A DNA stretch of 59,037 nucleotides from Polyangiales bacterium (GCA_038324055.1 JBBQHO010000001.1:1-59037); one strand, 5' to 3'. Counted from the stretch's first letter, positions 10,201 through 18,623 are shown. A program made the numbers and translations. The notes: a model not told the origin generated them from the sequence alone.

Positions 10201-10402
10201 TCTTGTCGGTGACGTCGATCTCGACTTCCTCGGGTGCCGCGCCAGGTAGCACCGTGGTCACGACGACGATCGGAATATCGACGTTGGGGAATTGGTCCAC
10301 GCCCAGCTTGCTGTAGCCGACGGTCCCCAGAACCAGGATGACCAGCATCAGCACCGAAGCAAACACCGGCCTTTGTACGCAGATTCGAGCTAACCATTGC
10401 AT
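7253..10402 (-). CDS. RND efflux transporter permease (AcrB/CzcA superfamily)
   Basis: 1049 aa. The N-terminus RPVFASVLMLVILVLGTVGY..L.VDQFPNVD.P.V.V matches the family, as does the 12-TM architecture with two large loops. Confidence 0.95.
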   Translation of the reverse strand: MQWLARICVQRPVFASVLMLVILVLGTVGYSKLGVDQFPNVDIPIVVVTTVLPGAAPEEVEIDVTDKIEGAVNQISGIDDLNSVSSEGVSQVIISFKLDKDTNVAAQEVRDKINTVMRELPIGIEQPVISKVEPSASPVVYLGLRSTGLGLREVSEIADKKVRRQLETILGVGKVTIIGGRERQIHVLMDPVKLQASGITAVDVMNTWATQNLMTPGGNLATGPQSVTLRIDGRVTTIDSVGRLVVRSNNGRILRLADVATVVDGEEAVESLARYDGKEAVVLSIVKQSGTNTIEVVDNIFKRIKEVQAGLPKGVQLDVVRDNSQSIRTSVHAVTEHLIVGALLAAAVVLLFLGNAKSTIIAAVSIPISVIGTFGIMWLQGYTLNNITLLALALAVGIVIDDAIVVLENIIRFIDEKKMKPFPAAVLATQEIGLAVLATSLSLMAVFIPVAFVGGIPGRFLASFGYTMAFSVGVSLIVSFTLTPMMSARMLTGHTEPNFLTRLVDRFYKPIEHVYMSALRFSLQKRWVIVLLCVGVMGSCVPVAKSLPGSFLPLDDKAKFQVTMRAPEGTSAEETLLFAQRAAGIVNRLPEVTHTLITVGEDDQKTRNYAQIYIDLKDPGARKLSQVELMAKSRTLVLAEMPKNLRINIAEVPDFAVGSNTQRVQYILSGSDFKVLEKNAAAIADTLRKSGKASDVDTTNIPGRPEVRVTIDRDRAADLGVSVQNVASTLQMLVAGVKASTFPERGEEYEIRIRAEEKFRADPSSLGLMSVPSSKYGSIPLSSVVKWGDGIGPSRINRYSRERQITVLANPAPGFGDTDVSNLIKQKFEELKPPPGFRLQPTGSSKSQSQLAAGFALALGMAFIFMYLILAAQFESWLYPGIILASLPLTVPFAFISLKIFGQSINMFSMLGLLVLFGVVKKNGILQVDHTIHLRRMGLGRFESLMDANRDRLRPILMTTIAFVAGMAPLLLSSGIGSGFNKATASIVVGGQTLSLLLTLLAVPVIHSLVDDMGDWFARRSKKKVVDRGEAELTALLAGDDLHERVAAE

Positions 10403-10444
10403 GGGATTGTCTTTCGATTGGGGAACGAGTCGGCGGGCCGGCGA

Positions 10445-11521
10445 TCAGTTGGCGCTCTGGCCGTTACTCAGTGTGGGCGAGTAGGTACTGACGACGCGTT
10501 CACCCAGGTTCACGCCCTTGAGAGCGGGAACACGCCCCTGGAACTCCGGTAGCGGCGCCAAGACGCGCTGTACCAGGTGCCCTTCCGCGAGCACGAACAC
10601 GTTGCGTTTGCCGTTCTCGTCGAACACCGCCGCTGTCGGCACCGCGGGAACGGTCTGACTCCCGATGTTCAATTCGATGTCGGCGAACATGCCGGGGAGC
10701 AGCGTCTTGTCGGCGTTCTTGACCAACGCCTCGACCACGAGATCACGCGTGTCGCGCACGGCGCCTGCTATGTAGACCACCTCACCATGAAAGGTTTGCG
10801 CGCCGAAGGCGACCACGTGAAACGACACGTCGGCGCCCTTCTTCACGTCCGATACGTTGGCCTCCGGCACGCTGAACACCAGCCGCAGCTCTTCGACCTG
10901 GGCGAGCGATACGACGCGGGAAGACGACTGCACATACTCGCCTTCTTCGACGTAGCGCTCGGTGACCACACCGCTGAACGGAGCGCGAATCACGCCGTCA
11001 CCGACATTCTTGGCCGCAATGCTCTGACGAGCTTCAGCAGCTTGCAGATTGAGCGGCGCGGTCTTGCACCTGGCAGTGACCTGGTCGTACTCGAGCGCCG
11101 TCACGGCGTCGCGCGCCTTGAGCTGCTCGTAGCGTTCGCAGTCAGCCTGATTGATCTGCTGCTGTGTCTTGCTGGTTTCGACGGCCACGCGCGCTTCGGC
11201 GAGCGAGAGCGCGGCTGCGCGCACGTCGACCTGTGCCAGGATCGCGCCCTGCTTCACCTCGGCGCCGCGTTCGACGTCCGTGCGAGTGATGCGACCAGCG
11301 ACGTTGGCCGCAAGATCGGTTTCTTTGGCTCCGCGCAGCGTACCGGTGACGCGCAACACCCGCGGCGCTTGCACGGCGACGACTTCGGTCGTCTCGACAT
11401 GAACGGGAGCGACGGGCTTTGCCTCCGCAACGGCTTCGGCTTTTTTGCAGCCGGTCGTAGCCAGCGCCAATAGAAAAAACGGAAAGACGAGACCCGAGCG
11501 ACCGAAGGTAGAGATGCGCAT
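10445..11521 (-). CDS. RND efflux periplasmic adaptor (membrane fusion protein, HlyD/AcrA family), lipoprotein
   Basis: Start MRISTFGRSGLVFPFFLLALATTGC includes a lipobox. Coiled-coil and barrel-sandwich pattern (IRAPFSGVV). An alternative ATG at 11581 overlaps the TolC-like stop as ATGA. The 573 aa ORF extension is an overlap artefact. Confidence 0.9.
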   Translation of the reverse strand: MRISTFGRSGLVFPFFLLALATTGCKKAEAVAEAKPVAPVHVETTEVVAVQAPRVLRVTGTLRGAKETDLAANVAGRITRTDVERGAEVKQGAILAQVDVRAAALSLAEARVAVETSKTQQQINQADCERYEQLKARDAVTALEYDQVTARCKTAPLNLQAAEARQSIAAKNVGDGVIRAPFSGVVTERYVEEGEYVQSSSRVVSLAQVEELRLVFSVPEANVSDVKKGADVSFHVVAFGAQTFHGEVVYIAGAVRDTRDLVVEALVKNADKTLLPGMFADIELNIGSQTVPAVPTAAVFDENGKRNVFVLAEGHLVQRVLAPLPEFQGRVPALKGVNLGERVVSTYSPTLSNGQSAN

Positions 11522-11577
11522 GGTGTTCTTGAAAAAGGGTGAGAGGTCGAACCAGAAACGAGGGGACGAGAAAGCGC

Positions 11578-12903
11578 TCATGGCGTGCCTTGCGTGGAAG
11601 CCGACGCACCGGGCGGGGTGCTGTCCAGGGGCCTGCCCGCCGCGGCGCGAAGAGAGAGGCGCGCGAAGACCAGATCGGCGTCGGCCGAGATACGCGCCGC
11701 TCTGGCCTGGAATGCGTCGCGCTGCGCCTGCGTGACGTCGAGCTGGGTAGCGGAGCCAGCTTGGTAGCGCTCGCGTGCGAGATCGGCCGCCTTCTGGGTC
11801 GCGGACTCCTGGACGCGAGCCGACTGGCTCTTGACGATGCCCGTCTCGACACGCTTGTAAGCCTCGAAAACCATATCGGACACACCACGCAATGCTCGCT
11901 GGGCACGAATCGCCTGCACGTCGCTGGCAACGGATTGCGCTTGCGCTGTGGCGTAGGTGCCGTAGTCCAGCTTCCACTGCAGTACGGCCTGGAGCGTGTA
12001 GAACTCGGTGCGACCGATAAAGCCACCAGCATTGGTGAAGCGCTCGTTGGCCATACCCGACAGCGTTGGTAAGAGCGCGGTCGCAGCAGCACGCCTGCCG
12101 GAAGCGGCGGCTTCGTCGAGCCGAGCCTGAACGCGACGGGTCGGCGTGTCCTTCACGCCCAGCCATTCTTGTAGGCTGCCCTCGGTGTGCAGGTCGTCAG
12201 ACGGGAACTCGCCTGCGGCGGCAGTCGGGGCGATGCCGGTGAGGGTCTCCAAGGTTCGAGCAAACAGGTCGCGCATCAGGGCCGCATCGGCCAGTTCTTG
12301 CTTCGAACGCTCGAGATTGGCTTGTGCGCGCTGGTAGTCCAGGTCGAGAGCCACGCCGAGTTCTCGGCGCGTTCCGACGTAGGAGAGGTTCGCCTCGGCC
12401 ATGGCCACGCTTTTCTCTGCTGCTCCAACAAGGGCCGAACCGCCCAGAAACGAGTAGTAGGCGCGCGCGACTGACCGTTGCACATCCTTGCCGGTGAGCT
12501 CCAGCTGCATGTCTGCAGCCGCCGCAACATGCCCCGCCTGGCGGTAGCGGTGGTAGCTCGACACGTCGACGAGTGGCACGTCGAGCTGGAGCAAACCGTC
12601 GAGTTGGTTTTCCGGCGTGATGGTGGCGGTAACCGGCGGTGGGCCGGGAATGGTCACGATGGCGGGATACTGGTTGTGCGTGAACGTGCCGCGGGCGGTG
12701 AAGCTCGGCAGCAGGCGGCCGAGCGCCGCACCCTTCTCCCAATTCCTTTGTTCAGCCGTGGCGGACTGCTCGCGGGAGTCGAAGCTGTGGCTTTGCGCAG
12801 CGGTCAGGAATGTCTCGAGCGGCTGCGTCGCCGAGGCCGAAAGCGGCAACAGCGAAATAGCTAGGATTTTTAATCCTGTACTCAATAAATAGCGATGCTT
12901 CAT
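11578..12903 (-). CDS. TolC-family outer membrane efflux protein
   Basis: Signal peptide MKHRYLLSTGLKILAISLLPLSASA. Two repeats of the OEP-type pattern (L.L..A...A...S......). Confidence 0.85.
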   Translation of the reverse strand: MKHRYLLSTGLKILAISLLPLSASATQPLETFLTAAQSHSFDSREQSATAEQRNWEKGAALGRLLPSFTARGTFTHNQYPAIVTIPGPPPVTATITPENQLDGLLQLDVPLVDVSSYHRYRQAGHVAAAADMQLELTGKDVQRSVARAYYSFLGGSALVGAAEKSVAMAEANLSYVGTRRELGVALDLDYQRAQANLERSKQELADAALMRDLFARTLETLTGIAPTAAAGEFPSDDLHTEGSLQEWLGVKDTPTRRVQARLDEAAASGRRAAATALLPTLSGMANERFTNAGGFIGRTEFYTLQAVLQWKLDYGTYATAQAQSVASDVQAIRAQRALRGVSDMVFEAYKRVETGIVKSQSARVQESATQKAADLARERYQAGSATQLDVTQAQRDAFQARAARISADADLVFARLSLRAAAGRPLDSTPPGASASTQGTP

Positions 12904-12969
12904 GTGTACAACTCTGCTGGAAACTGGACTGCTGCAACGATAGGGGCCGAGTTCGCGGTCAATTAAGGA

Positions 12970-13662
12970 TCAGTTTCGAACCAGGGGATCGCGGCTCGAG
13001 CCCTCTTGCGAAAGAGGAGCCGCGCCGCTCAACAACAGGTCGACCATGCCGCGAATGAACATGCCTTCGGGCATGGTGTTTTCGCCCGCACTGACCGCCA
13101 ACTGGGTCACCCGGAAGTGGTGAATCGCGCCGATGAAGACGCGCGCAACGACTTCGCCGTCCATGCGGCGCATCTGGCCCGCATCCATGCGCCCCTCAAA
13201 ATAGGCCGCAAAACGCAGTAGAAGTCCCCGAAAGGCCAGACGCAGCTCGTTCGACGGCAAGCAACCGCCATGCTCGGGATTCGACCAGGTCATCATCATG
13301 AGTGGCATGACTTCACGACCGATTTCCAACATGGTGGACGCCAAGCGAAGCAGGGCGTCGCGGATCTCCAGCTCCTCGAGACCTTCGAGTGAACTGGCCA
13401 AGCGCTCGGGCACTTTGTTCACGTCGAAGCACATTGCTTCTCGAAACAGCACGTCCTTGGACTTGAAGCGGTGAAATATCGCGCCTTCAGAGACCCCGGC
13501 TCGCTCAGCCACATCGAGCGTGGTGGCCCGAATGCCGCGCTCCAAAAACACCTCCCGCGCTACTTCCAGCAGCTTTTCCCAGTCGATCGTGGGCGGACGT
13601 CCACGCGCGGGGCGCGCGGGCTCGTCAGCTCGACTGGACGAAAAGTTCGGTTTGCGGGGCAC
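12970..13662 (-). CDS. TetR/AcrR family transcriptional regulator
   Basis: HTH region LLEVAREVFLERGIRATTLDVAERAGVSEGAIFHRFKSKDVLF. GTG start at 13662. First gene of the efflux operon. Confidence 0.9.
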   Translation of the reverse strand: MPRKPNFSSSRADEPARPARGRPPTIDWEKLLEVAREVFLERGIRATTLDVAERAGVSEGAIFHRFKSKDVLFREAMCFDVNKVPERLASSLEGLEELEIRDALLRLASTMLEIGREVMPLMMMTWSNPEHGGCLPSNELRLAFRGLLLRFAAYFEGRMDAGQMRRMDGEVVARVFIGAIHHFRVTQLAVSAGENTMPEGMFIRGMVDLLLSGAAPLSQEGSSRDPLVRN

Positions 13663-13668
13663 GCCGCA

Positions 13669-13697
13669 GTTATTGAGTCACGACTTCTGAATGTCAA
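13669..13697 (-). promoter_or_regulatory. candidate sigma70-type promoter of the tetR-efflux operon (near-leaderless)
   Basis: The minus strand reads TTGACA-17 nt-AATAAC-6 nt-GTG(start). The -35 is perfect, the spacing is 17 nt and the -10 is weak. A transcript would start at or next to the start codon. Confidence 0.3.
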
Positions 13698-13713
13698 GGC
13701 GGTAGAGGAAGTA

Positions 13714-14169
13714 ATGACTGGATTTGCTTACACGCCCCCATTGCTTCTCGCCTTAGCGAGTTTGCTTGGCCAGCTCGGCTGTAGCTCGACGAGCGGCGAT
13801 GGAGATGGTTCGGCCGCCGCAACTGCACCCGCGATCAATGCCTGCGCTCCCGAAGACTACGAAGACGCCACTGCCGCCGCGGAATCACGCGTGGTCGACG
13901 TCTCCACGTTGGCCCCTTTCGAGTACACACCAGCGTGTCTGATCATCAAGTCAGGTCAGAGCGTGAAGTTCGAGGGCAACCTCATCACCCACCCGCTCGA
14001 CGCAGGCGCAGCAATCGAAGGCAGCCCCACGAGTCCGATCGTTTCGACGTCGAGCGGATTGAGCATTGAGTTCACCTTTCCGTTGGCCGGCAGCTTTCCC
14101 TACTACTGCGCGGCACATGGGGCACCCGACGGCTCAGGCATGGCCGGCGTCGTTCACGTCGTCGAGTGA
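13714..14169 (+). CDS. cupredoxin (plastocyanin/azurin-like blue copper protein), secreted
   Basis: Signal peptide ending LLGQLGC. Type-1 copper ligand pattern ITHPL ... YYCAAHGAPDGSGM (H, C, H, M). AGAGGAAG Shine-Dalgarno-like sequence 5 nt upstream of ATG 13714. Confidence 0.8.
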   Translation: MTGFAYTPPLLLALASLLGQLGCSSTSGDGDGSAAATAPAINACAPEDYEDATAAAESRVVDVSTLAPFEYTPACLIIKSGQSVKFEGNLITHPLDAGAAIEGSPTSPIVSTSSGLSIEFTFPLAGSFPYYCAAHGAPDGSGMAGVVHVVE

Positions 14170-14222
14170 CTTGTGCGCGCTGAGGTAGCGACGAGCAGCG
14201 CCGCAGCCTTACACTGCGCCCC

Positions 14223-15239
14223 GTGAGCGACTCCCACGACGCCGCACCCGGTCACGCCCACGGGGGCCACGGCCACGGCCACAGTCACGCGCACGGCCAC
14301 GGTCACGCGGGCACGGCACAGCGCACGCTGGGGCTAGCGCTTGCCCTCACGACCGCGTTCTTGGTCGTCGAGGCGTGCGTTGGGTTCTGGAGCGGCAGCC
14401 TTGCTCTCCTGGCAGACGCCGGACACATGCTGGCCGACGCAGCCTCCCTCGGTCTGGCCGTGATCGCGCAACGCTTTGCGGCCCGTCCTCGTACGGCGCA
14501 AAGCACCTTTGGCTTGCGCCGTGCCGAGGTGTTGGCGGCGTTCGTGAACGGCATGACGCTCACCGCTGTCGCTGCACTGATCGTGAAAGAGGCGATTGAA
14601 CGTTGGGTCGAACCGGTCGCCATCGATGCCGTGCCGGTTCTCTGGACCGGTAGTCTGGGCCTGTTGGTCAACCTATTCGTGGCCTGGCTTCTGTCGCGCG
14701 CCGCAACGCAGAACGTCAACGTGCGTGCGGCCATGGCTCACGTTCTCAGCGACGCTTTGGGTTCGGTCGGAGCCATCCTGGCCGGCGCATGCGTGCTCTG
14801 GGCCGACTGGACCCGAGCCGATTCGCTCCTCTCTACGCTGATCGCCATCTTGGTCGCTCGGAGCGGCTACCGCGTGCTGCGCGAGACCTCGACCATCTTG
14901 CTCGAGGGTGCGCCCAAGCACCTCGACGTGAGCGCCATCGAACGCACCATCGGCGATACCCCTGGCGTACTGGACGTCCACGACCTGCACGTGTGGCAAA
15001 TCTCGGAAAACTTCGACGCACTGTCCGCTCACATCGTGATCGAACGCGGCCACCACGGTACCGAGATGTGCCGCCTCGTCGCCGCGCGCCTCAAGCAGGA
15101 CCACCGACTCGAACACGTCACGATCCAACCCGAGCCGCAGCCACCGGACGAAGTGGTGCAGGTGCGTCGGAGCGTGAATGGCGACACTCTCGCCTGCGCT
15201 CAGTCTTCGCCAGGTCGCTCGAGCCCCACCAGCCGGTAG
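14223..15239 (+). CDS. cation diffusion facilitator (CzcD/ZitB-like) metal efflux transporter with His-rich N-terminus
   Basis: N-terminus HAHGGHGHGHSHAHGHGH. TM2 motif LLADAGHMLADA, TM5 motif HVLSDALGS, and a C-terminal domain DVHDLHVW. GTG start. Confidence 0.9.
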   Translation: MSDSHDAAPGHAHGGHGHGHSHAHGHGHAGTAQRTLGLALALTTAFLVVEACVGFWSGSLALLADAGHMLADAASLGLAVIAQRFAARPRTAQSTFGLRRAEVLAAFVNGMTLTAVAALIVKEAIERWVEPVAIDAVPVLWTGSLGLLVNLFVAWLLSRAATQNVNVRAAMAHVLSDALGSVGAILAGACVLWADWTRADSLLSTLIAILVARSGYRVLRETSTILLEGAPKHLDVSAIERTIGDTPGVLDVHDLHVWQISENFDALSAHIVIERGHHGTEMCRLVAARLKQDHRLEHVTIQPEPQPPDEVVQVRRSVNGDTLACAQSSPGRSSPTSR

Positions 15240-16996
15240 CCTGCCTTCGGTCCCAAGTCGTACAGGTGAGCGCGCAAGGGATGAGCGCTGGCGCCGTTGG
15301 CAATCGTCACCACGACATAGCGCGCTGGGTCGTCCGGCCGGACCGCCCCTTCTGGCGCGACGTGGGGAAGGGTCAGGCAAAGGGCACCTTGCGGGGCCGC
15401 CTTCACGTTGAGCGGCCGCGACTGTCCGGCATTGTCGAGCGTGGCGACGTAATGAAAGCTCGCCGCCGGGCGCAGTTCGCGGCGCCGCGCCCAGTCGGTT
15501 CCACAGAGCGAGCTGCCCCCGCGTACTTCCAGTTGAGCGAGCGGCGAGAGCACGAGCAGGTAGCGCTCGAGGATGCGCTGCAGGCGCCCTTGCAAGACGC
15601 GCGTCAAGTAGCTCTTGTGCGGCTCCTCGAACTTTCCGAGCTCGACGAAGGTATCGATATCTGCCCGCTCGAATCGCGCCAGGATGCGGGCCATCCAGGC
15701 GTTGTCGTGCTCGGTCGCGCGACTGAATGCCGGATTCGGGTACTCGTTCTTCCAGCCGTCGGGATCGAAATCGTAGGCGTGGAAGTACCCGAACATCTCT
15801 TCGCCCGGTGTGCGTTCGACCACGTCCCATCGTCGTCGCGGAATACCCAGGGTCACCAGATCCTGGGCGATATCAGCCCAATCGAGCAGATAGCTATGGC
15901 CGAGTCGCCGCGAGATGTCGTCCCAGACCCACTCGCTGCCCAGCGTGTCGCTGAAGTCCAAATAGTAGTGGCGCACGAAGCCTGGCGAGGAGTCTCCATC
16001 GTCGGGATTGGCTGCGATCCAGCTGTCCATCGAGTTCTGCTCGCGAGCATCGAAATGATCGACCCAGGCAGCCAACACGCGCGCTCCGCGGAGTTCGCGC
16101 CGGTCCTGGTGAGGAATGACGTCATTCGGATCGTCGGCGCGCGTGTCCTGATACGAAAACGGCCCAAGCAGATTGCCCTCGAGCCAAGCGCTGGCCTGCA
16201 TGCGCACCAGATCGCCTTTGCGTAGGCCGTTGTCGACGATTCTCTGCAGAGCCGCTTCGTCCAGTGGCTTGATTACGCCGCTGTTGTCAGTCGTCGTCAG
16301 GCCCGGCTTGAGCTTGAGAACCTTCGGATCGAAGTAGACGACTTGCTCGCACGAGGTGTTGAAACCCACCGCGTTGTAGATGGCCGCACCGATCACCGCG
16401 GCGGCGGAGCTCTTCGGACTCTTGTCGGACTTGAGCATGTACTTCTTGCCGCCGATCCGAACCCGAAAACCGGGAGTCGAGCCGTCGCTCTTGCCCTTGT
16501 CGACCAGCCAACTGGCGGTCTCGGCATTCTCGGGGTCGAGCATGTCCTCGGGCTCGCAGGCGCCGAGCGCCAGGGCCGCGGCACGTTCGGCGCCTTCTTT
16601 GCTCGGGCGGTTGGTGAACCAGGCGCTGTCGGGGACTTCGTCGAGAGCGTTGACGTTGACGGCCGCGCCTGGCGGATCGACCTTCCAGAAGCGCGAAAAC
16701 GGCAAGAAGATCGAATTGTCGACCGCGTCCCAGGCGAGCGGCGAGACGTAGGGCTCCGGGGTGCATGACTTCTCTTCCGCGGACTCACCATCGTTGCGCT
16801 GACAATTGGCCTGGTAGGCGCGCATGTCCGTGTCGACGAGCAGCGGAGCGCGCAGCGGAAAGCGCGGAGGCTCGGACGCACAGGCAGCCAGTAGACAAGT
16901 CGCGGCAGCAGCGGCAGCAGCCGCCGCCAGTCGTGGAGAGAGCCGCCCCGCGAGTACGGCTGAGCACCAACCGAAGCGATGGCGATTAGAAGTCAT
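15200..16996 (-). CDS. cassette A: ~598 aa lipoprotein with a putative protein-kinase-like core; paralog of 29863..31638
   Basis: The start at 16996 gives a poly-Ala signal peptide ending LLAAC (lipobox). Blocks shared with the paralog: RFPL, NVNALDEVPDSAWFTNR, DDPNDVIPHQDRRELR, WVDHFDAREQN, LDFSD, GYRLVGLERP. Confidence 0.8.
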   Translation of the reverse strand: MTSNRHRFGWCSAVLAGRLSPRLAAAAAAAAATCLLAACASEPPRFPLRAPLLVDTDMRAYQANCQRNDGESAEEKSCTPEPYVSPLAWDAVDNSIFLPFSRFWKVDPPGAAVNVNALDEVPDSAWFTNRPSKEGAERAAALALGACEPEDMLDPENAETASWLVDKGKSDGSTPGFRVRIGGKKYMLKSDKSPKSSAAAVIGAAIYNAVGFNTSCEQVVYFDPKVLKLKPGLTTTDNSGVIKPLDEAALQRIVDNGLRKGDLVRMQASAWLEGNLLGPFSYQDTRADDPNDVIPHQDRRELRGARVLAAWVDHFDAREQNSMDSWIAANPDDGDSSPGFVRHYYLDFSDTLGSEWVWDDISRRLGHSYLLDWADIAQDLVTLGIPRRRWDVVERTPGEEMFGYFHAYDFDPDGWKNEYPNPAFSRATEHDNAWMARILARFERADIDTFVELGKFEEPHKSYLTRVLQGRLQRILERYLLVLSPLAQLEVRGGSSLCGTDWARRRELRPAASFHYVATLDNAGQSRPLNVKAAPQGALCLTLPHVAPEGAVRPDDPARYVVVTIANGASAHPLRAHLYDLGPKAGYRLVGLERPGED

Positions 16997-18335
16997 ACGA
17001 CGACCCGATGGTGAGGCGCACGGAGTCGATCTGACCTCCAGTCTCGAAAGGATTGGACCCAAAGCCTAGAACTGCCTGGAACTCGGACTCGCCCGTGGTG
17101 CGGCTCTGAATCGCGAACGCCGCAGAATAGCGCAGCAAGCCTGGCCGAAATTCAGCTAGATGCTTGTCAAACACGTTGCCCATCTCGAAACGCAAGCTGC
17201 CGTCGAGCCAGACCCAGATGGGCCAGCGATAGGTCAGGCTGAGCGCCGCCGCGCTCCGACCGACCAGACGTCCAGCGTAAAAACCGACGAGCGCGTCGCT
17301 GTCGCCACCCAGCGCCACCAGCTCCGTGAACGGCACGACGGAGTTGCCGACTTCATCCACGAAGCGAGCGCCCGCAGCGAGCGACAACACGCGATGGTGG
17401 CCGTCCAAGTCCACGAAACCGCCCGCGATGCCTCCGTAGCGCACCCAGCTGCCCTGATTCTCGAGGTCAGCCGAATGTCGCAGATTTGCCTGCAGACGTA
17501 CTCCCGACGCGGGACGCTCCGGATTGCGCGTGTCGAGCACTAGACGCAATTCCGAGCGCGCTTCGGTGTAGCCGCGATCGATCAGCGCTGGCAGCGGAAC
17601 GCTCCCCGCGGCCAGCGCATTTTGCAGCGAAGGATCATCGGCGTCGCCCAGGCCTGGGCGGAAATTCACGTCGCGGAGCGCGACCTGCGCATTGAAGGTG
17701 CTCATGCGCCAGAAGCGATGATCAACCACGGCCCGCGCCTGCAACGTCTGCATGCCGTAGCGGAGCGCGTCACTTTGTCGCGTCAGCGGACCGGTCCCAA
17801 AATAGAGGTAGTCCGGTCGTCGCAGTAGCGAGACGTCCCAGCCGATACGATCAAGCGGGGTGTTGGAGTAGCGGTAGCGCTCCGCCGCGCCCAGCGAGAT
17901 CCAGTTGTTCCCGGAAAACGAAGCGCGTGCTCGCAAGTCGTGACCGCGAAAGCCTGCATCATCCCAGAAGGCGTACAGACCGAAGCTGGGTTGAAAGCCC
18001 GAGTCTGCGAAAACCGTCGGAAAAACGCCGGCTTTGTGATCCGGACCAAAAGCAAAGAAGTCGTAGAGCAACGCCGGCACGCCAGCTTGCTCCGCCCCCG
18101 AGATCAGCTTGCCCAGCGGCCAGCGAATCCCGTACTCAGTGACGACGTAGACGGGGAACAGGAGCACGCGCGGTATCCACAGCAACTTGCGGCCCGTGCT
18201 GTCGGGCAGTTCGCGACCGTCGTAGTCGGGCAGCTCGCGCTTCTCGACCGCGCGCGCCCGCGCAGATCCAAGTAGCGTCGCCGCCAAAACACACAGGCCC
18301 AGTGCTCGGCCGATTCCGTCACGATACTTGCGCAT
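16986..18335 (-). CDS. cassette A: Omp85/surface-antigen-type outer membrane beta-barrel without recognisable POTRA; paralog of 28169..29860
   Basis: Start MRKYRDGIGRALGLCVLAATLLGSARARA is a signal peptide. KRELPDYDGRE and WIPRVLLFPVYVVTEYGIRWP are shared with the paralog. Alternating-hydrophobic strands end in ...LTIGSSYDF, with a terminal Phe beta-signal. The stop overlaps the lipoprotein start by 11 nt. Confidence 0.8.
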   Translation of the reverse strand: MRKYRDGIGRALGLCVLAATLLGSARARAVEKRELPDYDGRELPDSTGRKLLWIPRVLLFPVYVVTEYGIRWPLGKLISGAEQAGVPALLYDFFAFGPDHKAGVFPTVFADSGFQPSFGLYAFWDDAGFRGHDLRARASFSGNNWISLGAAERYRYSNTPLDRIGWDVSLLRRPDYLYFGTGPLTRQSDALRYGMQTLQARAVVDHRFWRMSTFNAQVALRDVNFRPGLGDADDPSLQNALAAGSVPLPALIDRGYTEARSELRLVLDTRNPERPASGVRLQANLRHSADLENQGSWVRYGGIAGGFVDLDGHHRVLSLAAGARFVDEVGNSVVPFTELVALGGDSDALVGFYAGRLVGRSAAALSLTYRWPIWVWLDGSLRFEMGNVFDKHLAEFRPGLLRYSAAFAIQSRTTGESEFQAVLGFGSNPFETGGQIDSVRLTIGSSYDF

Positions 18336-18623
18336 TGCGGCCTCGCAGCATCTGCCAGGGCGCGGGGAGATGCAATGAAAGCCGAACGCGTTGCGTCGCA
18401 CGCGCGACGTAGCCGCTGGGGCTCACGTTCGATTGATCAGCGGGTCGGTGTGGCAAGATGCCACGATGCGCACTGGCTTTGCTCCGTTCGTGACCCGCTG
18501 CCATCCCCTTGATGAATTGACAACGCGCAACGCGCGCCCAACGCTCGGCGCACACATCTGGCACCGCTCTCGATTCGTCACCTCCGAGCTTGGCTCCTGC
18601 CTTGCGTCGCACTTTTCACCAGC

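Noticed and set aside
11522-12166. Upstream extension of the MFP ORF (573 aa version)
   Set aside because: It overlaps the TolC-like gene in another frame and is Arg-rich. The lipobox signal peptide begins at 11521.
14250-14310. GGCCACGG/CACGGCCAC nucleotide repeats
   Set aside because: Not a DNA-level element. They encode the His/Gly-rich metal-binding N-terminus of the CDF transporter.
14673-16225. Long overlapping ORFs 14673..15830 (-) and 14789..16225 (+)
   Set aside because: Out-of-frame or antisense shadows of the CDF and cassette-A lipoprotein genes. Composition is extremely Arg/Pro-rich and no motifs are present.
16895-16935. GCN-codon run (gcggcagcagcggcagcagccgccgcc)
   Set aside because: It encodes the poly-Ala core of the cassette-A lipoprotein signal peptide. 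It could be length-variable, but nothing points to a separate feature.
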